Shown here piece by piece: positions 26,801-38,800 of a stretch of 64,000 nt of DNA. A program made the translations under genes and the position numbers. Location: contig NC_086110.1 in assembly GCF_963921235.1 (NCBI RefSeq), positions 868,001 to 932,000 on the forward strand. Direction: 5' to 3'. Numbering within the stretch: the first letter of the stretch is position 1; each line of letters opens with the position of its first letter. This stretch comes from Mobula hypostoma. Its lineage: Eukaryota. The notes under the pieces were generated by a model that was not told the origin of the DNA, made no database searches, and saw nothing but the letters and a program-made list of their open reading frames with translations.

Positions 26801-29800
26801 GCATCAGCTGCCTCAATTAGAGCTCAGCAAGAACAGAGAAGGGATAGACAGGAAAACCTGGAGCAAGGGTCGATAGACCGGACCGGGTACCGGAATACGG
26901 ACTTCACGGACCGGACCATGATATTCTGGCCCTTCGAGCTGTGCCACCCTGCAAACTCCGATTTACTCGAGCCCGGTCAAGGGTAATGCACGACCAACAA
27001 TGAATTTACTATCCGGCACGTTTTTGGATACATTCTACGTGGAGAAACGGGCAGCTGACGTCGGAATTGAACTCCAAATTTCGACGTTATGACTATCAAT
27101 ATGCCGGTGATGTTTCGGGTAGGCACATTCCATAGACTAAAGAGAACATTGTTTCCTTAAAGGAAATCTTGCCTGCCATATCTGTTGGAATTCTTTGATG
27201 GGCACAACAGAAAACGGAGAGCATCGGATGTTATTTTCTTGGATTTTCAGATGGCATATTTGCAAGGCCCGAAACGAGGCTGCAGATCACAGAAAGGATG
27301 CTATCATGGGTAGTTTGGTTAAGAGGAATGAGATGAACAGTCAGAATAAAAGGGGCTTGTGAATATTAGTGTTGCACAAGTATCGATGCTGGGACTGCCT
27401 GTTTGCACATTATATGTCAATGATGGAACATCGATTTTGTCAACGTTGTGAACGATACGTAGGTGGGTGCAGGGGCAGATAGTGTTGAGGATGGACGGAG
27501 TCGGCAGTAGAACTTAGAAAGCTTGGGGGGATGAGCAAAGAAATGGCAAATGAAATAAAGAGCAGGAAAGTGTATGGTCATACACTTTTATAGAAGGAAT
27601 AAAGGTGAATACTATTTTCTAAACGGTAAGGAATGTTCATATGTCAGAAGTGCAATAGGACATTGCAGCTCCTCGTGAATAATTTCGCTAAGCTTAAATT
27701 GTGAGTTGAGTTGGTGGTCAGGAAGGCAAAGGCACTGTTACCATTTACTTCGAGAGGACTAGAATACAAAAGAAAATATATAATACCAAAGCTTTATAAA
27801 GCATTATTCATACCGCACGTGGAGTGTTATGAACAGTTTTGTGCACCATATCTAAGAAAGGATGTGCTGCCATTGAAGAGGGTACAGATAATGTTCACGA
27901 AATTATCCTGGGAATGAAATGTTTAACGTATGAAGAGCGCTTGATTGCTCTGGGCCTGTACCAGCTGACGTTTATAAGAATGAGAATGGACGTGGGGCGG
28001 CCATCTCATTGAAAGTTATGGAATATTGAAAGACCTTGATAAAGGGAACGTGCAGATGATGTTTCCAGCAGTGGGACACTTGCGGACATGAGGATGCACA
28101 CTCACAGTAGAAGGTCGTCACTTCAGCACAGAGATGAGAAGGAATTTTTTGAGGCAAATGATACTTGATTAGCAACGACATCCGTCACGCTATATCGTTG
28201 GACCCAAGCACAGGATCACACAGAGACCCAAAATGCCTGCAAGTGAACATTCCAATAAGAGTCAAGTGTTCAGGGATAAGTAACTGGACAGATGCAAAGT
28301 CTTGGAAAATTAATCGCAGACACCCTAGAACAACAGATTCTTAAATGTAAACTTGCAGAGACCGAACAATAACACGTAAAACACTCAAAGCGCAACAATA
28401 CAGATAACTCTAAGGCATAAAAAAAGAGCATACACAACAAAAGCAACAGAAAAATACTCAGAGACTTCGGAATACTCTACTGACGACCCGAGGTCGTAAC
28501 AGATCCCGTCTCACTATGCCCGGCACCGGACAGCCAACGATTATCTGGATGCAACCGATAGATTTATGAAATAATGCCAGGATGCAAATATTCATGGAAG
28601 GAACGCAACACCGTCCCTCCGAATCATATCCCTCCCAGTCTACCAAGAACTGTAGTTCTTCCCGTAATATTCGTGAATGAAGCAGTCTGTGGACTGTGTA
28701 GACAATTACACTGCCTGCGATCCTTGGTGTGAGGAGATGGCTTAGGAATCGGGGCCAATGGGCTACAAAGTAAACGTTTCAAACGTGGATACATGAATGG
28801 TGGAATGTATTTTCAGACAGCAAGATAGTTGTAGCTTGTATGTCACCGGGTTAACTTCTTTTTCTTGAAAGGGGCTGATTAAACGAGGGGCAATTTTGCG
28901 AGATTCGAGTTTAAGAGGACGATATTTAGGGGGAAAGTTGACTCAGACCAGAAGATTGGAAGTCTGTGTGGGGCGCCTGTCCTTGCACGGACACTAGAGC
29001 AATGTGTGATTAAGTGCCTAGCACAAGGACCCAAACACGAACGCCTTAACTACTTGGCCGCGGGCCCAACATATTCAGGTGATATTTAGCTGAAAGCCAA
29101 CGCCGCTGACCAATATAGAAAGAGCGGAGCGGCTGTCTCTTTCTGTTCACCTTGGCCGGTTGCCGGGATAAACTCGCGTCCAGGGTCTTTCTGGCTTTCA
29201 GCCACCTTTCTTTTCAGCTCTGAACAAATTGTTAGGCTGAGGGGATACCAAACTTGGCCTCCGGATCAAGGAACGGAAGAGGCTGAAACCCAATTTGACA
29301 TTCGAAAGGTGTCATACGCAATGATGAATTTTGAGATGTATTGATGGGCGAACTCCCGCAGATTAAATGGTCATCCAACATGATAGATGAACGGATACTA
29401 GGCAGTGACGTTTTCGCTCCAGGTCATGGTTCATCCTCTTAGTCTGTCTATTACTCTGACAATGGGACCATCAGGGATGACTTACAAAATGCTTTTCAGA
29501 ATTTGGATGTAAATTAAGGACATGTGTCAGAAAAAATATCAGTGAGGAAAACGTGTACACAAATCCTGCTGTATGAAAACTTCAGCGGTTTCTCGCGATG
29601 ATGGTAGGTTGGTTCGAGGGATGAATCGGCAATCTTCGAAAAACCTATCGACCACAACTAAAATATTGGAAAAGGGATGTAATGGGGCAGACAGTTATAT
29701 AAATGTAGAGAAAGCTGAGACAAAGGACCTGAAGGAATGGATAAAGGTTGAAGAAAGCCTTCAGGAGAAGAAATAGGATCTTAACGAGTACGTATGTCCG

Positions 29801-32800
29801 AAGCCTGCACGAAACATCCGTGTATATACCGGGCACCCAGGATCTTCTTTTAATTAACTTAAGTGTCCACGTGATACCCAGGTGACTTGTTATCTTGGAA
29901 TTGTGTCCCCATTAGACAAGACAAATAATTCACTAATCCTGCTGAAGGGTCTCTGCACAAAACATCGTCAGTTCTCTTTTTGTAGATGCTGCCTGGCCTG
30001 CTGAGCTCCTCCAGCGTTTTATGTGTTGCGTCGATTTTCAGCATCTGCAGATTTTCTCTTGTTTGTGAAAGGAGAAGTAATCGACTAGAGGCACCACCTT
30101 CTGGAACCTGGTTATTTCTTCAAAGTTTTGTCTAACTTGGGAATCAACATTCCGGAAAATGAGGGCCATGTCCATTTCTCTAATTAAACCTTCAACGGGT
30201 TCCAACGTGTCCACCATACCTTGGGCTCGAATTGTCTCTATAATCCACCAGTCTTCTCATTTTTATACGCAGTACGATATATTATAATAAAATTAAAACG
30301 ATTAAAAACAACAATCAGCCGGCTTACCGGGTATTATTTCTTTTCTCGTCCCGAATAGGAAATAAATTATAAGCGTTTATCGGGTCCAGTTTTGTGAAAA
30401 TAGTACAAAAATTCAAACTCTGTGTATTTTAGTGGCAAGGATAGGGATGTTTAACGGTTATTTTATTAAACCCCCTATAATCTATGCAAGGCCTCAACTC
30501 CCATCTGTTCCAGTTACAAAAAGGAGCACCGTGCAGGGTCTCAGTAACCCTGGGTCGAGTGCCTCATGAATATACTTGTCCAAGGCCAGATTTACAGGTC
30601 CTCATAGGAGAAAAAAAAATCATCGTGGTGGTCGACGGCTTCCTGATAATCACACTATGGCACAATCATACACGCCGATCGGGAGATAGTATAGTTACCA
30701 TCTGTTCATTAATACCCTCAAGAGAGTCGGAATACTTTTTGAGATCATCCAGGGTCGCAAGCTTGTGAATGTTAAAGGCAGACTTGGAAACACGGGTGAC
30801 AGACTTGAGAACGGGGGAAGCTTCCGGAAGGAAGCTGGAAACCCCGTCCAGGATATTGCCAGCAGACCAGACGATAACGGGGCTCTGCTGCGGCACCCAC
30901 CGATACCCTAACGTGAGAGAGATCTCAGGGGAACAGTTAATGTGAAATCTAAGAACTGAATACCAGAATGGCCCCGTATCCGAAAGCGGGTGTGTCACTG
31001 AACAATGACATAACCTTTTCTGGCTCAAGTGGTCTACAATCAAGGACGGTGACTGTCCAGAAATTGGGACTGCCAACAGTCGGGAAACCCCCAGATTAAA
31101 AAAAAAACCTGCGAGCAGGAGTCTATAAAGTTTCCAAATGGCCAGTCACTTGTAGCCCAGGTAATATACAGGACACATTTATCCCAGAGGTCGTAGGATT
31201 AGGGATGTATTTGGGATCATTACAGACATCCCTCTACTGAACGGCCCTTCGAGCTACCCGATCTCTCAAGACAAGCTGGGCGCAAGTGCTCGGTTTTTTC
31301 GCAATAAAAAAACTGTCTGTCTCTCACCCTCCTGTCCCGCGCACAAGGGGTGAGACGGGTCCTGCCGAATTGCGTGGTCTGTTCGGTTGCGGATGGGGAA
31401 GCTCGCAGTGAGGAACTTGGAGAGTAGAAATTGTGGTTGAAGAACAGGGAAAATGGGAATCATATCTGGTGAACTCGCCATGACGCCCCAGCTGGCCCTT
31501 GGATGTTCGAATATCGAGTCGGGGAGTGAAGTTAATCAGTCCATTAAGGTCTTGATCCAGTTTACGCCTCTCCAGTTCGCCCTTCAGCTTTGCACTTAGA
31601 CCTCTGCAGAACATGACAAAGATTTCCACCCCCCTCTCAAGTGCCAGTGTCTGACTCACAATATTCGAGTACTCGGTCACGATCTGTAACGCTCGTCGCT
31701 CCGAGAAGTCTGCTAACCCACCTTCTCCACCCCACCCCCTTGCACGAAAGGGTGATTGAAGACCGTGCCTAAGGCTCTCGTGAACGAATGGTCGAGTATT
31801 CGGGAACATCTGTCCGTCATGGCGCCGTAGACCACGCCAGAGCCTTCACCGACAGTAGGAAGATCATACATACCACGTTGCTACGTTCAGTGGGAAACGT
31901 GAAAGGCAGCGAATGGAAGACCAGATAGCGCAACGCTGGGAACCCACGACAAGGCTCAGCGTTCCGGGATTGGACGGGTTTCGGACCTTTCGACACCGTC
32001 TGGCACATTTGGCGATGTTTCTGACTGCGTGGCTCCGTGGGCCTCTGAGCAGGGCTTGAAGGACAAGGCCAGCTGTTGCAGTATCTATTCGTGCCGACCG
32101 ACTGCCCCAGCTGCCGTGCCAGAGCAGACCGAACGTCGAATCCTGCTGGATCAAGGGTCCCGTACGTTCTGTCACGTTACATCGCCGGACCAATGAGCAG
32201 AATCACACAAAAATTCGAACAGATAAACAAAGCTAGGAATTCTATAAACAGTTCAAAATAGTGGAATTCACAAGGACATAAATCGCTCCTTTTCACACTG
32301 CCAAAATATCAGAGGATCAGAACAACTGAGACACCGAGGGATTAGCACTCGAGGGCGCCAAAGAAGCCGTGCCCATCTGATAAAACCCCAGAATCATAAC
32401 AAGCTTTCAAGTAACCATTCTAAAAGCGACAACAGTACAAGGATACTTAATTAGATACCTGCAAAGTTTCAAAGAATTAGTTGGAACTATCCAAGGAGAG
32501 TTGCAGTTTCTGTATAAACAAGAGAAGACCTAACAATAACTTATAAAATACCTGAATAGAAACAAAACAGATAATTATAAGTAAAAGCACAGCACACAAA
32601 GAAGTGGGCAGTAGAAAACCTGGAGCTTCAGAGTACTCGACCGATGACTCGAAGTCATGACAGGCATCCAGATTTACCGGGAGAAGGGAGGAGAATGAGA
32701 AGGAGAGAGACAATAAAATACCAATGCTTGCTTTATGAATAGGTCCAATAGCCTGCTTCTGCTTTATTTGTTATGGTGTTATGAATATATATGTTCCAGA

Positions 32801-35800
32801 TTCATGGTTTAAACACTGCAAACTTATTTGAGAGTAATTGGTAACAAACAACCTTTCCATCGAAATTTCCAGTTATTCAGTTAAGACTGACATGATGCTC
32901 ATTGAACAAGTGATTTGTAACTGAATTGTATAAGGAGTATATACAACTGAAATTGTGACTAACTGTGAAGCAAGAAATCCATTGTAAAAGCGGAATGTTG
33001 TCAGAATATTTGCTGTATCCGGTTACCAGCAGCTCTTGAGACAATTGTCAAGTTTAGTTGATTCCTAAAGCACCCTTACAAGTTGTCTTCGTACATTAAA
33101 TATTGCACTGTTCATTTGCTAGTGATGTCGATGTAGGAGTGCTGTGACTAAGCCTGTTATCATATTAATCTATTCCATCGTATTCACTTCAATTAAATCA
33201 CGAAGATACCTCTGAAGCTGAAGTAAATTCAGGAATGCATACCTCTAAGTTTCCTGAACTTCATTACACATGCGATTGTGATGAAAGACAGGAATAAGAA
33301 TCCACATCCTGCGAATCCATAGACTATATTCCACCTTCTGCTCTTGAAACCTTGAAGGAAAAAAAAAAGAAACACCAAATATCATGTAGAAATGTGATTT
33401 GTGAGGTACATTGAGTATTGTGGGAGCTCGTATCAATGNNNNNNNNNNNNNNNNNNNNNNNNNNNNNNNNNNNNNNNNNNNNNNNNNNNNNNNNNNNNNN
33501 NNNNNNNNNNNNNNNNNNNNNNNNNNNNNNNNNNNNNNNNNNNNNNNNNNNNNNNNNNNNNNNNNNNNNNNNNNNNNNAATAACTTTTAGATTGTTGTTC
33601 TTTGTTGCACGTCGTTGCCCTTCTATAGATCATGGTTTCCAGTTCAATTCGGACATTAAAGTGTTGTAGCACATTCCGCCTCATCTTTCTGGGACACAGC
33701 TATCTTTTAACACACCCATGGTGCTGTAGAATGTAACTAAAATAATCTGTGGGAATTTATTTCTGGATGCTATTTGTGATTAATAGAATTAATTTGCTTA
33801 CCTCGAATGTTTGTTGTACTCGTTACGCTCTCTGGAATGAACCGGATGTCGGTTTTCGTTTGTTCCGTAGGATGGTTTGCCAGGCAAGTGTAAGTAGCCC
33901 CGCTCTTGACAGGCGATGCCTCCTCCAAAATGCTGGAAACGACATACAGACCACTTGCACTTAAATGCAATTTTGATTGTATCCCGGTCTCAACCGTTAA
34001 ACCATTCTTGTACCAAGAAATGTTGATGTTCTCTGGGTAGAATTCGGCAGTTGTACATTCAAAAATGACAGCCGCTGAACCATTGTTTTCTGTTTCATTG
34101 TATGTAATACTTAATGGGCTTGGCGGGACTGCGGAACAAAGTGAAAAAAAACAAGTTTCGAAATGATTAAGATCACCAATAATGTAAACCCCCGTCATTT
34201 CCTAAGAGATAAAACAAAACAATATAAGTTATTTTCCATCACAAGCGCGTAGCTATTAGTTATTCACATCATTGAATCATTTAAGGGTTACATTTTAAGC
34301 TGAAGGTTGTCAGAGCCGGAGGGAGGGGTAGTGCCCCTGAAATGCTTCCAATGGTGTGGGTCTCAAATAGCCTATAACAACAAAGTTCAGCTTCTGACAG
34401 TCACATGCGGCTTAGCTATTAACCCCCGCAAAACTGTTTCTCCTGACAGCTGAGGGGGCCAAGGCGGGAAGTTTCTGTCTTCGTTCTTGAAAACTCCAGT
34501 GAATACAGCCCCAGAGCCATCAAACCGTACTTAAATGTTAACCCTTTCATCTACGCGATCATTCTCGTGAACATGTTCTAGGCCCTTTCAAATATGAACA
34601 CATTTTCTAAGATAAAGCGGCAACCCCGATTTTACCAATGCCTTCTACAGTCGCGAATTACAATCTTTCTTTTATATTCTATTCCTCTCGAAATAAATGC
34701 GAACTTTTCTTCTGCCTTTCTTCCCACCGACTCGGCATGCAAGGTAACCTTGAGGGAATCATGCACGACTACTCCCAAGTCTCTTTGCACCTCCGATTCC
34801 TGCAACTGATCACTGATTAGAAAACATTCCATGCCCTTATTTCCTCTACCAAACTACATGACCATACATTTCCCTGTATATGTACATTCTAATCGATTAA
34901 CTCAAGCAACACACACAAAACGCTGAAGGAACTCAGCAGGCCAGGCAGCATCTGTGGGAAAAAGTACAGTCGACGAATCTGACCGAGACCCTTCGGCAGT
35001 TCCTTAAAAATTGACGCCGCCTTCCCGAGGCACCGATCTGAGAAGATAGAAACACAGACATAAAGAAAATAGGTGCAGGAGTAGGCCATTCGGCCCTTCG
35101 AGCCTGCACCGCCATTTATTATGATCATGGCTGGTCATCCAACTCAGAAGCCCGCCCCATCCTTCCCTGCATACCCCCTGACCCCCGTAGCCACAAGGGC
35201 CATATCTAATTCCCTCTTAAATATAGCTTATGAACTGGCCTCAACTGTTTCCTGTGGCAGAGAATTCCACAGATTCACCACTCTCTGTGTGAAGAGTTTT
35301 TCCTAATCTCGGTCCTAAAAGGCTTTCCCTTTATCCTCAAACTGTGGCCCCTCGTTTTGGACTCCCCAACATCGGGAACAATCTTCCCGCATCTAGCCTG
35401 TCCAATCCCTTTAGGATCTTATACGTTTCAATCAGATCCCCCCTCAATCTTCTAAATTCCAACGAGTACAAGCCCAGTTCATCCAGTCTTTATTCATATG
35501 AAAGTCCTGCCATCCCAGGAATCAATCTGGTGAACCTTCTTTGTACTCCCTCTATGGCAAGGATGTCTTTCCTCAGATTAGGGGACCAAAACTGCACACA
35601 ATACTCCAGGTGCGGTCTCACCGTGGCCTTGTACAACTGCAGTAGTACCTCCCTGCTCCTGTACTCGAATCCTCTCGCTATAAATGCCAGCATACCATTC
35701 GCCTTTTTTCACCGCGTGCTGTACCTGCATGCCCACTTTCAATGACTGGTGTATAATAACACCCAGGTCTCGTTGCACCTCCCCTTTTCCTAATCGGCCA

Positions 35801-38800
35801 CCATTCAGATAATAATCTGTTTTCCTATTTTTGCCACCTAAATGGATAACTTCACATTTATCCACAATAAATTGCATCTGCCATGAATTTGCCCACTCAC
35901 CCAACCTATCCAAGTCACCCTGCATCCTCTTAGCATCCTCCTCACAGCTAACACTGCCACCCAGCTTCGTGTCATCCGCAAACTTGGAGATGCTGCATTT
36001 AATTCCCTCATCCAAGTCATTAATATATATTGTAAACAACTGGGGTCCCAGCACTGAGCCTTGCGGTACCCCACTAGTCACAGCCTGCCATTCTGAAAAG
36101 GTCCCGTTTATTCCCACTCTTTGCTTCCTGTGTGCTAACCAATTCTCCACCCAACCAATACCTTACCCCCAATACCGTGTGCTTTAAGTTTGCACACTAA
36201 TCTTCTGTGTGGGACCTTGTCAAAAGCCTTTTGAAAATCCAAATATACCACATCCACTGGTTCTCCCCTATCCACTCTACTAGTTACATCCTCAGAAAAT
36301 TCTATGAGATTCTTCAGACATGATTTTCCTTTCACAAATCCATGCTGACTTTGTCCGATTATTTCACCGCTTTCCAAATGTGCTGTTATCACATCCTTGA
36401 TAACTGACTCCAGCAGTTTCCCCACCACCGACGTTAGGCTAACCGGCCTATAATTCCCCGGTTTCTCTCTCCCTCCTTTTTTAAAAAGTGGAGTTACATT
36501 AGTCACCCTCCATACCTCAGGAACTAGTCCAGAATCTAACGAGTTTTGAAAAATTATCACTAATACATCCACTATTTTTTGGGCTACTTCCTTAAGCACT
36601 CTAGGATGCAGACCATCTGGCCCTGGGGATTTATCTGCCTTCAATCCCTTCAATTTACCTAACACCACTTCCCTACTAACATGTATTTCGCTCAGTTCCT
36701 CCATCTCACTGGACTCTCTGTACCTTACTATTTCTGGAAGATTATTTATGTCTTCCTTAGTGAAGACAGAACCAAAGTAATTATTCAACCAAACTGATGA
36801 TGTCTTAGATGCCACGGAGGCTGGTACCCATGACGGAGCTGATTAATTCTACAACTTTCTGTGGTCTCTTTTGATCCGGTGCTGTAACCACCGCTCCCCC
36901 CAGCCCAAATACCAGATTGACCGTGACATTGAGTACAGAAGCTGGAAGGCGTCAATCAACTTTATAAACTGTCAGTGACACTTTGACATTTGGAGTAACG
37001 CCTGACGTTTTGGTTCTGATTCCCCGCCCCCCCCCCCCCCCCCCCCGCTGGACATATACAAACCCTGCGGTGATGGGAGACTGCAGTAATTGACCTTTCC
37101 TGCTGACCTGGCAGTTCGCTGCAGTTTTCGTCTACTGTGAGAGGACGCTGCACCAAACCAGACAATAATGGCTGACTCGAGAATATTCTCTGCGATGGCA
37201 GTGTAGGATTGGTCTCTGGGGAAGGTAGAGTTTTATCAATTGCCGCAAGAAATAGATCCTCTGCCGAGCCTTTTTTTTTACTGCTCACCGGAAGTCTCGT
37301 GAAATTAAGATGCCCATGAACCTGAAATGTTGAGCTGTAGAGTTGCGATGATCAGTGTGTTGGCAGATGTAATCTATAGAAAAAAATAATGCACAGGGAA
37401 TTTACAAGGATGTTGCCTGGACTGGAGGGTGTGCCTTATGAGAATAGGTTGAGTGAATTTGGCCATTTCTCCTTGGATCGACGGAGGATAAGAGGTGACT
37501 TGATAGAGGTGTATAAGATGTTGAGGGTCATTGATTGTGTGGATAGCCAGAGGCTCTTTTCCAGGGCTGGAATGGCTAACATTGGGGAACATAGCTTTAA
37601 CGTGCTTGGAAACTGGTACACGGGGTATGTTTTTTTTTCCAGCAGAGAAGGTAGTGGGTTCCTGGAGGTTGATACAGTAGTGTCTTTAAAAGAGACACTT
37701 AGATAGGTATATGGAGCTAATAAAAATAGAGGGCTATGCTCTAGGAACATTTCAGGTATTTCTAGAATAGGTAAATGGTCGACACAACCTTGTGAGCCGA
37801 AGGTCCTGTAATGTGCTGTAAATTTCTAAGTTATATATTTTCTGTTCTATAGTGTACTCCACCTGCAACTTTTTATTCCCCGTTCCGGTCATCTAAGACC
37901 TTCTGCAGACTCCTCAATAACACTTGCCTCTTCATCTATCTTTGTATCGTCCCCCGTGGAATACCACTAATACCACCGGCAGGCAGCCAGAAAAATCCCC
38001 TTTTATTCCCACTCTTTGCTTCCTGCCAATCAGCCAATCTTCTATCTATGCTCGCATATTCCCTGCAATACCATGTGTTGTTATCTTGTTCAGCCACCAC
38101 GTGTGCGGCACTTTACCAAAGGGCATCTGTAAATATAGGTAAACACCATCCATTGACTCTTCTTTGCCTATCCTTCGTATTATTTCCTCAGAGACACATA
38201 ACACCGTTGTCAGGCAAGTTTTCAAATTAAAGAAACCATACTGACTTTAGCCTATGTTATCATGGTTCTGCACGTATCCTGTAACGTCAGCCTTAACAAT
38301 GAATTCTTAAACCCTACCAACCATTTAAGTCTAATTGTCCTGTAACTTCTTGGTTTCGCCTCATTCTGTTCTTAATGAATGAGTGACATTTGCAGTTTTC
38401 CCGTCCTGCAGAACCATTCGAGATATGCTGATCTTGAATGGTCACTCGTGATGCCTTCAAAATTCCTTCAGCAATCTCTTTCAGAATCCTGAGCTGCAGT
38501 CCATTGTTATAGGTAATTTTTCTAGCTTCAGATCCTTCAGCTTCCCAAACATATGCTCCATAGTAGTAGTGACTACCCTCACTTCTGCCCCGACACTCTC
38601 CCATTTATGCAATACTGCTGTATCTTCCACTGTGAAAACTGACACAACAAAAAGTTATTGATTTTGTCCACCATTTCTTTGTCTCCGGAACTATCTATCC
38701 AGAGTCATTTTACCGTGCCCCCATCCATTCTCGCCTCTGCTTTACTGTTTATATAGCTGAAACAAACTTTTTAATCATTTTTTGTATCATTCGTTAGTTA

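Larger units (their letters stand above)
25240..27080 (-). mobile_element. tRNA-type SINE split by the solo LTR (halves 25240-25274 and 26924-27080)
   Basis: Removing 25275-26923 and one TSD copy restores ...GAGGCC-TTCTG-GCCCTTCGAGC...GGAATTGAACTCC, an antisense SINE-like sequence. Confidence 0.6.

Noticed and set aside
32477-32713. Hydrophobic ORF (LLPTSLCAVLLLIIICFVSI) as the TM exon
   Set aside because: Lies in the LTR of the chromodomain Gypsy and lacks a proper acceptor; a clean phase 1-1 TM exon exists at 33243-33350.
38628-38634. CACAGTG heptamer (minus strand) downstream of the V exon as an RSS
   Set aside because: Inside a decayed CR1, ~940 nt from the exon, and no nonamer at 12 or 23 nt spacing.
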